Of a DNA stretch of 64,000 nt, positions 1 to 7,782 are shown piece after piece. Numbering within the stretch: the first letter of the stretch is position 1; each line of letters opens with the position of its first letter. The position numbers and the translations under genes are program-made. The notes beneath the pieces are model-generated. The model did not search any database and was not told the DNA's origin. It saw only the letters and a program-made list of their open reading frames with translations. This DNA comes from a virus (lineage: Duplodnaviria > Caudoviricetes), in the IMG/VR virus record IMGVR_UViG_3300024272_000051, positions 32,001-96,000 of that record; one strand, written 5' to 3'.

Positions 1-63
1 AAAATTGCAGACCCAGAGGCTTTAACGGATAATATATACGGTTTCCGGTGGAGTCTAAAATAG
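1..63 (+). CDS. 3' end of a gene truncated by the window edge (KIADPEALTDNIYGFRWSLK*)
   Basis: Open frame 1 to TAG at 61-63, directly followed by a terminator. Confidence 0.5.
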   Translation, partial: KIADPEALTDNIYGFRWSLK

Positions 64-100
64 GGCAGAGCGACCATCGCAGTCGCTCTGTTCTTTATTT
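63..100 (+). terminator. Intrinsic terminator
   Basis: gggcagagcgac...gtcgctctgttc stem followed by tttattt. Confidence 0.75.
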
Positions 101-172
101 GGCTTAAGCAATATTTTATTGTTATTGATAAATTTTCAAGAAATTGTCAAATAGTTTTATGTTTCCCAAACC

Positions 173-201
173 TTGACACATCCAATTGTTTGTGTTAGCA
201 T
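173..201 (+). promoter_or_regulatory. Sigma-A promoter with extended -10
   Basis: TTGACA (173-178), 17-nt spacer, TG-n-TAGCAT (196-201). Confidence 0.7.
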
Positions 202-210
202 ATGGAACAT

Positions 211-246
211 GAACACATATTCAAACGAATGTTCGAATAAGTGTTC
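211..246. promoter_or_regulatory. Three abutting LexA/DinR (Cheo)-like boxes
   Basis: GAACacatATTC, AAACgaatGTTC, GAATaagtGTTC; each has one mismatch to GAAC-N4-GTTC, 12-bp period, just downstream of the -10. Confidence 0.7.
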
Positions 247-276
247 GAAAATGAAGTGGCAACTGTAATGCTTTGC

Positions 277-309
277 AAAAGAAAAGAGGACAAGCCGAAG
301 CTTGCCCTC
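277..309 (-). terminator. Intrinsic terminator of the antisense RNA
   Basis: Minus strand reads gagggcaagc-ttcg-gcttgtcctc-ttttctttt. Confidence 0.75.
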
Positions 310-394
310 CCCGCCCGAAAGGAATACACCAAACCCCAAGGCGGCATTGCAGCAAAACACTGCAAGTGAACGACATACTGCAATATGTCTTCAC
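277..394 (-). ncRNA. Putative antisense small RNA (~118 nt)
   Basis: Own promoter at 401-429, several hairpins, ends in a C(UUCG)G-capped hairpin plus UUUUCUUUU. Confidence 0.6.
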
Positions 395-400
395 GACTGT

Positions 401-429
401 AGTGTACCACGCAAACAAACAAAAATCAA
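401..429 (-). promoter_or_regulatory. Leftward sigma-A promoter for the antisense RNA
   Basis: Minus strand TTGATT, 17-nt spacer, TG-G-TACACT. Confidence 0.65.
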
Positions 430-451
430 CAGAAATCTGGAGGTATGCTAC

Positions 452-760
452 ATGAAGTCGAATCTCTCTCTTGGGCAATTTAGAATTGAAGCAGAAGCAT
501 ATAAGGATATTATTGTTACGTTTGATGATCCTCTTAGCCCACTGAAGTTTTCACTCCAATTTGATCATATTGCTGTGAATATTTCAGCCTCACCTTACAT
601 CGCCTTAAAAAGTAGTTCTGCAAGAATGTGTCTTAACCATATTTGTTCCATAAAAAGACATAGAAGATCTGACGATGAACAATCATACATATTTCTATGC
701 AATGACTACACATTGAGCGATAGACCTACTCAGGTTAGGTACACATTGAGGTGTAGTTAA
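452..760 (+). CDS. Hypothetical protein (102 aa), putatively SOS-inducible
   Basis: GGAGG RBS at 439-443 before ATG 452; the upstream part of the track ORF is leader. Confidence 0.7.
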   Translation: MKSNLSLGQFRIEAEAYKDIIVTFDDPLSPLKFSLQFDHIAVNISASPYIALKSSSARMCLNHICSIKRHRRSDDEQSYIFLCNDYTLSDRPTQVRYTLRCS

Positions 761-789
761 AAGATTTCGGAATACTTCATAAATTATTG

Positions 790-818
790 TTGACATTATA
801 CGCATTATGTGATATAAT
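790..818 (+). promoter_or_regulatory. Consensus sigma-A promoter of the mazF-mrpR operon
   Basis: TTGACA, 17-nt spacer, TATAAT with extended -10 TG. Confidence 0.85.
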
Positions 819-847
819 CAGCCCATCAAGATAAGGAGGGACTGAAC

Positions 848-1282
848 ATGAGCGAGACTCGTCACGAAGTGCGTATGGCTCCGATGATCGGAGAAGTTTA
901 CCTGATGAAGTTTGAAGGTAGCGGGAATGAGCAGAACGGGTGGAGACCTGGCGTGGTGTTCCAAAACAACACCGGCAACGCGCATAGCCCGAATGTGATA
1001 GCATTGCCATTAACAAGTTCAATCAAAAAAGCAATGCAGCCAACTCACGTGGTTGTCTACGCTGCAGATACTGGTCTACGCATGGATAGCATGGTGTTAT
1101 GTGAAAATCCTGAAAAGATGTCTAAGTCTAAAATCGGCAAGTTCATTACTAAGCTCTCCGATGATTACATGAGAAAGATCGCAATGGCTAATCTGATTGC
1201 AACGTCAGCGATTTCTTTTCTAAACGAAGCGGACTTGTTGGACGCATGGAGAAAGTCTATGAAGTTTAACTGTGCGGCATAG
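848..1282 (+). CDS. mazF: PemK/MazF family endoribonuclease (no adjacent antitoxin)
   Basis: GEVY..GxEQxGWRPGVVFQN..N..SP..IALPLTS..PTHV..DS..LCE; catalytic Arg and Thr positions retained; strong RBS. Confidence 0.9.
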   Translation: MSETRHEVRMAPMIGEVYLMKFEGSGNEQNGWRPGVVFQNNTGNAHSPNVIALPLTSSIKKAMQPTHVVVYAADTGLRMDSMVLCENPEKMSKSKIGKFITKLSDDYMRKIAMANLIATSAISFLNEADLLDAWRKSMKFNCAA

Positions 1283-1291
1283 GAGGTAGTC

Positions 1292-2224
1292 ATGTACAAC
1301 GAAGAGCGCAAGATGAGGTTCCTTGAAGAGACGAGATCATCCGTCGGATTTGGTAAGTCTGTATTTAAGACTATAGCCCCTTATGAACACGAGGCAAAGA
1401 TGGATCTGTGTGAGCTACCGATTGAGATTTTACAGCCAGTAGCAAACTCCAACTTTGGTTCACGAACGAGAACATCAGATTCAACCATCGCATTTCTTCG
1501 CGCATACACAACTTGGTGTAGGGAAGAAGGATTTCCAGTTGGGGATGGTGTATATCTGTTAAAAACAGAAATGGACGAAAAAGTTCGCCGTCTAATGATT
1601 GCGTCGCCTAAGCATCTTGAAGCCACACTAAACAAGGCGTTTGCACCAGTCCAGTCTGAAACAGTGGACTGTCTTTATCGTTGTTATTTATGGATGGCTT
1701 TTGCGGGGTTGAAGGATGTAGATGCACTGGATGTCAAAGTTTGCGAAATTGACTTTGATACGATGTTAATTGAACACAACGGAAGGTCTTATGAACTGTA
1801 TCGTGAAGCGGTTCCCACATTTAAAATGGCATGTAGTGCTACGCAATTCCGCTATATCAACCCAAATTATGGATCAGACAAGCAGGGTGGATATCGAAAT
1901 AGATATCCGGGAGAACTCCTCATGCGAGGTATTCGTTCGGAGCAAATTAAAATTGCAACTGTAAGAGCAAGCATTGGCAAGGCATTTAAAGAATGTGGTG
2001 TGGAAACTACCTATAACAAAATCCGACTGTCTGGATTGTTCTACAAGGCATATGAGATGGAACGATGTGGCGAAGAAGTTAATTTTGATGGTATTGTTGA
2101 AGAAAGACTTTCTCAGATGGATCACAAATACCACAAGAACTACACAAGAAATAAGGAAGCAAATGGAATTCGACGCGACTTGTTTGATGACTACGGTTGT
2201 TGGAAAGCAGCATTTGCAAGATAA
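1292..2224 (+). CDS. Degenerate tyrosine-recombinase-fold protein, MrpR/YopR-like lytic-cycle repressor
   Basis: MYNEExKxRFL N-terminus; LWMAFAGL and KIRLSG motifs lack the catalytic Arg and HxxR His; 310 aa. Confidence 0.65.
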   Translation: MYNEERKMRFLEETRSSVGFGKSVFKTIAPYEHEAKMDLCELPIEILQPVANSNFGSRTRTSDSTIAFLRAYTTWCREEGFPVGDGVYLLKTEMDEKVRRLMIASPKHLEATLNKAFAPVQSETVDCLYRCYLWMAFAGLKDVDALDVKVCEIDFDTMLIEHNGRSYELYREAVPTFKMACSATQFRYINPNYGSDKQGGYRNRYPGELLMRGIRSEQIKIATVRASIGKAFKECGVETTYNKIRLSGLFYKAYEMERCGEEVNFDGIVEERLSQMDHKYHKNYTRNKEANGIRRDLFDDYGCWKAAFAR

Positions 2225-2253
2225 AGAAGGAGGGGGAAGCCCTTCTTCTTTTT
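2225..2253 (+). terminator. Intrinsic terminator after the mrpR-like gene
   Basis: aagaaggaggg-ggaag-cccttcttctt followed by a T-run. Confidence 0.7.
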
Positions 2254-2283
2254 TAATTAGCTCAATTTTAAGGAGTGAAAAGT

Positions 2284-2481
2284 GTGGCACTAACATATCC
2301 AAAAGGAGAGAGTGTGTGGGTTAGTTATTACGATAAAGAACACAATCTTCGCTACATCACAACATCAAAGCCAACGAGGGATTTTTATTATCTCTATACA
2401 CTGCAAGATGGGAAGTTTGTCAAGCTTGGAAAAGACAAGAACCCGGCAGCTCTTGAGGAAAAATATATAAAATTAATATGA
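2284..2481 (+). CDS. Small hypothetical protein
   Basis: AAGGAG RBS before GTG. Confidence 0.65.
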   Translation: MALTYPKGESVWVSYYDKEHNLRYITTSKPTRDFYYLYTLQDGKFVKLGKDKNPAALEEKYIKLI

Positions 2482-2505
2482 GTTTTGCGATCTGGTCGCT
2501 TAACA

Positions 2506-2551
2506 ACACGCTCATCAAGGTTTGGAAACTTTGATTTAGAGCGTGCTTTTT
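2506..2551 (+). terminator. Long hairpin/terminator upstream of the replication operon
   Basis: cacgctc-atcaaggttt-gg-aaactttgat-tta-gagcgtg then cttttt. Confidence 0.6.
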
Positions 2552-2638
2552 AATGCCTTGATTTAGGTATTAAGTGGAAGGTGTGCAGTGTTTCTATTAT
2601 CCATATAAAACACGAGTTTGGATGAAAGGGGTGATGAT

Positions 2639-3214
2639 ATGTCAAACAACAAAGAACGATTTCTTGAACTTTGCGCAACAATCAAACGCGACGGCATCGA
2701 CGATCTGATGAGGTGGCTGGAAAAAAGTGATTTTTACACAGCACCTGCAAGCACAAAATATCATGGAGACTACAGTGGTGGTCTTCTTGAGCATTCTTTG
2801 AATGTATACGATGAATTAAAGCGCATTTTACAAGCGTATCCAGAAGTCCGAGTGGATGAAGAGTCTATTGTAATCGCGTCTCTATTCCATGATTTGTGTA
2901 AGGTTGGTCTTTACACCAGCGAAAAGAGGAATCGAAAGAATGAGCTTGGGCAATGGGAAAGTTACGATGCCTACACAATCAAAGAAAAGTTCTGTTACGG
3001 AGGACACGGCAGTAAGTCAGTATTTATTCTCCAGAACTTTATAAGGCTTACACCAGAAGAAGCGATAGCCATCAACTGCCACATGGCATCCTGGGATGGC
3101 AACAAAGATGTCGGAAATGCATTTGAACGCTGCCCATTTGCTTGGCTGGTTCATGTGGCCGACGAAGCAAGTACGTTTATTAAAGAGTCAAAAGCAAACA
3201 TTGAAAGCAATTAG
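2639..3214 (+). CDS. HD-domain phosphohydrolase
   Basis: FYTAPASTKYH..GGLLEHS..LFHDLCK..GHG..HM..AD motifs. Confidence 0.85.
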   Translation: MSNNKERFLELCATIKRDGIDDLMRWLEKSDFYTAPASTKYHGDYSGGLLEHSLNVYDELKRILQAYPEVRVDEESIVIASLFHDLCKVGLYTSEKRNRKNELGQWESYDAYTIKEKFCYGGHGSKSVFILQNFIRLTPEEAIAINCHMASWDGNKDVGNAFERCPFAWLVHVADEASTFIKESKANIESN

Positions 3215-3233
3215 TTAAATAAGAGGTAAAACT

Positions 3234-3506
3234 ATGGCGTTATTTAAGAAAAAATCTACAGAAGATATTATCGAGCAAAAGAAAAAAGCGTTGGCGGGAT
3301 ATACTGCAGACTATGAAAATGCTGTCGGTTTAGTTACTGCAACAGTCAACCGAATGACCATGCTAGATGAAGATATTGGAAGAACAATTCAGGAGATTGA
3401 TGAGTATCAATCTGAATTAGAAGAAACAAAAAATGGATTGCTTGCAGCCAAGCAAAGAAATGAGAGCGTAATGAAGAACTTTAAAGCGCTGCTTAATGAG
3501 GAGTAA
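3234..3506 (+). CDS. Coiled-coil hypothetical protein
   Basis: RBS; heptad-rich 90 aa. Confidence 0.75.
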   Translation: MALFKKKSTEDIIEQKKKALAGYTADYENAVGLVTATVNRMTMLDEDIGRTIQEIDEYQSELEETKNGLLAAKQRNESVMKNFKALLNEE

Positions 3507-3519
3507 GTGAGGTGTCTCA

Positions 3520-4236
3520 ATGGCTGAAAAAATGAATATCTATCAAAAGTTGGCTAAGATCAGAAAGCCTGTCGAAGTCATCAAAAAGAATCGAAAAGGT
3601 TACGGATATACATACGTCGACGAAGAAGAAATTCTGTCTAAGATTACTGGATTAATGGGTAAGTATGGCGTTTCTCTTATTCCAAACATTACTCATGGAT
3701 CTGCAGTTGTGGAACCCTATCACTACACAAAAACAAAAACTACGAAAGACGGCACTCCATATGAGGAGCATGTAAACGAAGTTTTAGTGCGTGCAGATAT
3801 GGATTGGATCTGGATCAATGATGAAAATCCAGAAGACAGAGTTATTGTCCCATGGCTTTTTGTTGGAACCCAGTCAGACGCAAGTCAAGCTTTTGGTTCG
3901 GCGTTAACATATGCGTCAAGATATTTCCTATTAAAATACTTTAATGTTGCAACATCTGATGATGACCCAGACAACTGGAGAAGTCGTCAGAGAGAGGCGG
4001 AAAGCGAAGAAGATCGTTTGATTGCCGAAAAGATCGTAGATCAGATCCATGCCCTGGTAACAGAGCATCTTGCTGTTGCCCCCGAAGATAAACAGAATGT
4101 CATTGCAATTACTAAAAAGTATGTCAAGGAAAATGGCAAGGCAAGCGCAAATTACTATGCAATCGAAACTTCTGCAGTTGCATCCGAGCTTCTGAATGCG
4201 CTCAAAGCAGAGTTCGAAAATAATAAGGAGGAATAA
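3520..4236 (+). CDS. ERF family ssDNA-annealing protein
   Basis: KGYGYTY and QAFGSALTYASRY..DDDPD motifs. Confidence 0.9.
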   Translation: MAEKMNIYQKLAKIRKPVEVIKKNRKGYGYTYVDEEEILSKITGLMGKYGVSLIPNITHGSAVVEPYHYTKTKTTKDGTPYEEHVNEVLVRADMDWIWINDENPEDRVIVPWLFVGTQSDASQAFGSALTYASRYFLLKYFNVATSDDDPDNWRSRQREAESEEDRLIAEKIVDQIHALVTEHLAVAPEDKQNVIAITKKYVKENGKASANYYAIETSAVASELLNALKAEFENNKEE

Positions 4237-4239
4237 GAT

Positions 4240-4638
4240 ATGGGATTTCGTCAGGGCGGCTATATGACCGTGTGGTCAACAGAGACAAGTAAGTCAGGCA
4301 ACACCACGCGGGTTCGTCTTTCTTCTAGCCGTAAGAACAAGAAGACCGACGAGTATGAACAGGATTTTTCCGGGTTTTGTACATTCATCGGCCCCGCACA
4401 TGAAGCAGCTCAACACCTAAAGGAAAAAGATCGTATTAAAATTCTTGAGTGTGATGTTGGCACCACTTTTGACAAAGAAAAGAGAACTGAGTATGTCAAC
4501 TATAAGGTCTTTAGCTTTGAGATGGCGGATGGTTCTACCCCTGCAGGTGGAAAGACCACTGCTAACACAACCAAGAAAAAGGCGGCATTGGTTGACGATG
4601 GAGAAGTTGAAGTCGACGAAGATGGTTTGCCATTCTAA
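4240..4638 (+). CDS. ssb: Single-stranded DNA-binding protein
   Basis: OB-fold-like core, acidic tail ending DEDGLPF, next to ERF. Confidence 0.85.
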   Translation: MGFRQGGYMTVWSTETSKSGNTTRVRLSSSRKNKKTDEYEQDFSGFCTFIGPAHEAAQHLKEKDRIKILECDVGTTFDKEKRTEYVNYKVFSFEMADGSTPAGGKTTANTTKKKAALVDDGEVEVDEDGLPF

Positions 4639-4655
4639 CACTACGGTGACACCTT

Positions 4656-5429
4656 GTGAATTATTCAAATATCATATCTGATTTCACATGGTCTTACTCT
4701 CGTATTGGTCAATTTGAAATGTGTCCATACGCTTTTTTGCTCCATTATATTAAGCGCACCCCACATAAAAGACTGTTCTTTTCGGACTACGGGGTTTTTA
4801 TGCATAAGATAATCGAGCTCTACCTGAAGGGTGAACTTGACAAAAAAGATCTTGCATCGTATTACCTCGAAAACTTTCGTAAAGAGGTGAAGGGATACGC
4901 GCCAAGTAGAGATATCTTTAAAACCTATTTTGAGCAAGGATTGAATTATCTCCTCCATATTGATCGGTTTCCATATCAATTGCCACTTTGTGTTGAAGAA
5001 CAACTTGATTTCAATATTGAGGACAAGAAATTTACAGGAATTATTGACTGTATTGCAAAGGACGACGGTTTGATTATTGTTGACAATAAATCCAGAACCT
5101 TAAAACCACGTTCTAAAAGAAATAAGCCAACAAAGTCGGATGAAGAACTGGACGCTTATCTCAGACAATTGTATTTGTACAGCATACCTGTAAAATCCAC
5201 ATTTCATACATATCCGGCACGATTAGAGTTTAATTGTTTTAGAACGGGAGAGTTAATTTCTGAACCGTTCAGTGAAGAAAAATTTGAAGAAGCTAAACAA
5301 TGGGCGCTTAAAATGATTGATACGATTACTGACAACGAAGACTGGTCGCCAAAGATGGACTATTGGAAGTGCAGATATATCTGTGATTTTAGCGATAGCT
5401 GTGAATACTTCCAAATGAACAGAAAATAG
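4656..5429 (+). CDS. PD-(D/E)XK Cas4/RecB-like exonuclease
   Basis: WSYSR..CP, GIID..IVDNK, QLYLY and C-terminal Cys cluster. Confidence 0.85.
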   Translation: MNYSNIISDFTWSYSRIGQFEMCPYAFLLHYIKRTPHKRLFFSDYGVFMHKIIELYLKGELDKKDLASYYLENFRKEVKGYAPSRDIFKTYFEQGLNYLLHIDRFPYQLPLCVEEQLDFNIEDKKFTGIIDCIAKDDGLIIVDNKSRTLKPRSKRNKPTKSDEELDAYLRQLYLYSIPVKSTFHTYPARLEFNCFRTGELISEPFSEEKFEEAKQWALKMIDTITDNEDWSPKMDYWKCRYICDFSDSCEYFQMNRK

Positions 5430-5440
5430 GAGGTGGCACT

Positions 5441-6772
5441 ATGAATGTTTGTGACATCAATGATGTCGCAAGCGAAGCGGGAGTAATTGCTTCGGCGATT
5501 TTACATCCTGAGTTTGTGTTTTACTCAGAACAGCTTACCCCGCACCACTTCACAAATGATCAGAATGCTTATATGTACTACGCCATTTGTGAGTTGGCGA
5601 AAATGGGTATCGAAAAAATTGACGCATATAACATTACAAATATTTTGAATGCGAGACCATCAACGAGAGAGAAGGCGGCAAGCCTTCTCTCCATTGCTTC
5701 CATCACGGAGTTTATTGATAATGCACATAGCATTGCGCGAGATAGTGTCGAGGAATACAAGATGGTTTCTGACATGGTGTTAAATGCAGCGTTTCGTCGT
5801 GACACATATAACAAGCTTGTCGAGTGTCAGCGACTTTGCTTTAACAGCAACGAAAAAGAAATCGAGCAACAGATTTACTCTACACTTGACGATGTGATGA
5901 TGGAGTATTCCACCACAACGGAAGTTCCACAATATAAAGATGTTGTTGACGGCCTTTGGGAAGAAATAAAAGCACGCCAACAAAACGGTATGTCTGGAAT
6001 ACCATTCAAGTTTCCAACACTCAATCAGTATGTCAGCATTGAACCCGGAGAGCTTGTCGTGTTTGCCGCAGAGGCAAAGCAGGGCAAAAGTATGATGCTG
6101 CTCAACTGTGCTGTGGATCTATTAAAAAAGGGAAAAAAGGTTCTATATATTGATAGCGAACTTAACTCCCGGTTGTTTACATGTCGAATACTTTCACATT
6201 TGGCTAAGATCGAGTTTAGTCGTGTGCGAAGTGGCAATTATTCTACAGAAGAAGAGCAACGAATAAATATGTGTCTCAAATGGCTGAAAAAGCAAAGCTT
6301 CACTCATCTCTATATGCCGATGTTCGATGCTCAGAGCATTTATACAGCAGTCAAAAAAGTGAAGCACACACAAGGAATTGATGTTCTAATTATTGATTAT
6401 TTCAAGGGCAAAGGGGAGGGCGATGCCTTTGCTTCCTATCAGGAATTAGGTCGCCTCGTGGATATGGTTAAAAACCAAATATGTGGCGATATGAATATCG
6501 CAGGCATTGGAGCTGCACAAGCAACTGTTACTGGCAAGGTTGCTGACAGCGCGAAGATCGGTCGCAATGCTTCGACAATTGCTATTATTCAAGACAAGCT
6601 TCCAGAAGAGATTGAGGCGGACGGACCGGAGTGCGGCAATAAAAAACTACGTATTGTTCTAAACAGAAACGGAGCACAAATGTCGCAGGACGAATACATA
6701 GATCTAAACTTCCAAGGAAATATAATTTCGTATGAAGAAGCTGCGCAACATGTTGTGCAAACGCCATATTAA
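5441..6772 (+). CDS. dnaB: DnaB-like replicative helicase
   Basis: Walker A AEAKQGKS, Walker B LIIDY, NRNG arginine finger. Confidence 0.9.
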   Translation: MNVCDINDVASEAGVIASAILHPEFVFYSEQLTPHHFTNDQNAYMYYAICELAKMGIEKIDAYNITNILNARPSTREKAASLLSIASITEFIDNAHSIARDSVEEYKMVSDMVLNAAFRRDTYNKLVECQRLCFNSNEKEIEQQIYSTLDDVMMEYSTTTEVPQYKDVVDGLWEEIKARQQNGMSGIPFKFPTLNQYVSIEPGELVVFAAEAKQGKSMMLLNCAVDLLKKGKKVLYIDSELNSRLFTCRILSHLAKIEFSRVRSGNYSTEEEQRINMCLKWLKKQSFTHLYMPMFDAQSIYTAVKKVKHTQGIDVLIIDYFKGKGEGDAFASYQELGRLVDMVKNQICGDMNIAGIGAAQATVTGKVADSAKIGRNASTIAIIQDKLPEEIEADGPECGNKKLRIVLNRNGAQMSQDEYIDLNFQGNIISYEEAAQHVVQTPY

Positions 6773-6789
6773 GGAAAGCGGGTGACGGC

Positions 6790-7782
6790 GTGGAAGTATC
6801 TGAGATCATTGAATGTGTAGATATTCTTGAGTACATATCACAGTTTTGTGAATTGGAAGAAAAACAAGACGGAGAATTTTGGGGTCTATCGCCACTGAAG
6901 GATGAGAACACGCCGTCGTTCTCCGTCAATGTGGAAAAACAGAGGTTCTATGATTTTTCAACCGGCAAGGGTGGAAACGTATTGGAGTTTATCTGTCAAT
7001 ATAATCACTGCGATTTTTTCAAAGCACTTCGTATTTTAAAAGAGTATGCAAATATCACTGAAGAAGAGAGAGGCGAGACGCCTAAGAGACTTCAAGCTAC
7101 ATCGATTGCAAAAAAATTCAAAGACAAACAAAAAAGGGTCAAAGAATCTAAAAGCGTTATTTTGCCGCAAGATTATATGAACCGCTATGAGAAAAATGAA
7201 GAAAAGCTTTCGTTGTGGATCAAAGAAGGTATAACGCAAGAATCTCTTGATAGGTTTCAAGTACGATATGACCCATTCTCAGATCGTATAGTTTATCCAA
7301 TTCGCAATAACACTGGGGATATCATTAACGTATGTGGTAGAACATTAGACCAATCGTACAAAGAAAAGAGGCTTCGAAAGTATACATATTTCAAACCACT
7401 TGGTGTACTTGACTCAATCTATGGATTTGCAGAAAACAAAGAATACATTCTTCAAAAGAAAGAAATTATTTTGTTTGAAGGTGCTAAGTCAGTAATGATT
7501 GCTGATGGTTGGGGTATTAAAAATACTGGAGCTATCCTAACTTCGCACCTCAATCCCTACCAGTTTAAGCAGCTGATTAGTTTTGGCATAACAACAGTGG
7601 TATTTGCGCTTGATGCCGAGGTAGATATTCGAGATGATGTAAATATCAAAAAACTGTTACCTTATGTTCGTGTTGAATGGGTTCGGAACAGAAATGGCCT
7701 ATTGGAAGACAAAGATTCTCCTGTTGACAAGGGTTTTGATGTTTTTCAGACATTGTATGAAGAAAGGGGGCGACTACACTGA
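6790..7782 (+). CDS. dnaG: DNA primase (DnaG-like, degenerate zinc-binding domain)
   Basis: ENTPSFSV, GRTL, FEG and Toprim ALD motifs. Confidence 0.88.
   Translation: MEVSEIIECVDILEYISQFCELEEKQDGEFWGLSPLKDENTPSFSVNVEKQRFYDFSTGKGGNVLEFICQYNHCDFFKALRILKEYANITEEERGETPKRLQATSIAKKFKDKQKRVKESKSVILPQDYMNRYEKNEEKLSLWIKEGITQESLDRFQVRYDPFSDRIVYPIRNNTGDIINVCGRTLDQSYKEKRLRKYTYFKPLGVLDSIYGFAENKEYILQKKEIILFEGAKSVMIADGWGIKNTGAILTSHLNPYQFKQLISFGITTVVFALDAEVDIRDDVNIKKLLPYVRVEWVRNRNGLLEDKDSPVDKGFDVFQTLYEERGRLH

Noticed and set aside
211-246. Mini CRISPR array, or a coding repeat (FEHL/FEHS) in minus-strand ORFs
   Set aside because: 12-bp units without spacers; better explained as operator boxes, and the overlapping ORFs lack an RBS
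273-455. 60-aa leader ORF coupled to ATG 452
   Set aside because: No RBS; the sequence is explained by the antisense promoter and sRNA, though translation is not excluded
4656-5429. CRISPR-Cas system
   Set aside because: Solo Cas4-like nuclease in an ERF-SSB recombination module; no array or other cas genes
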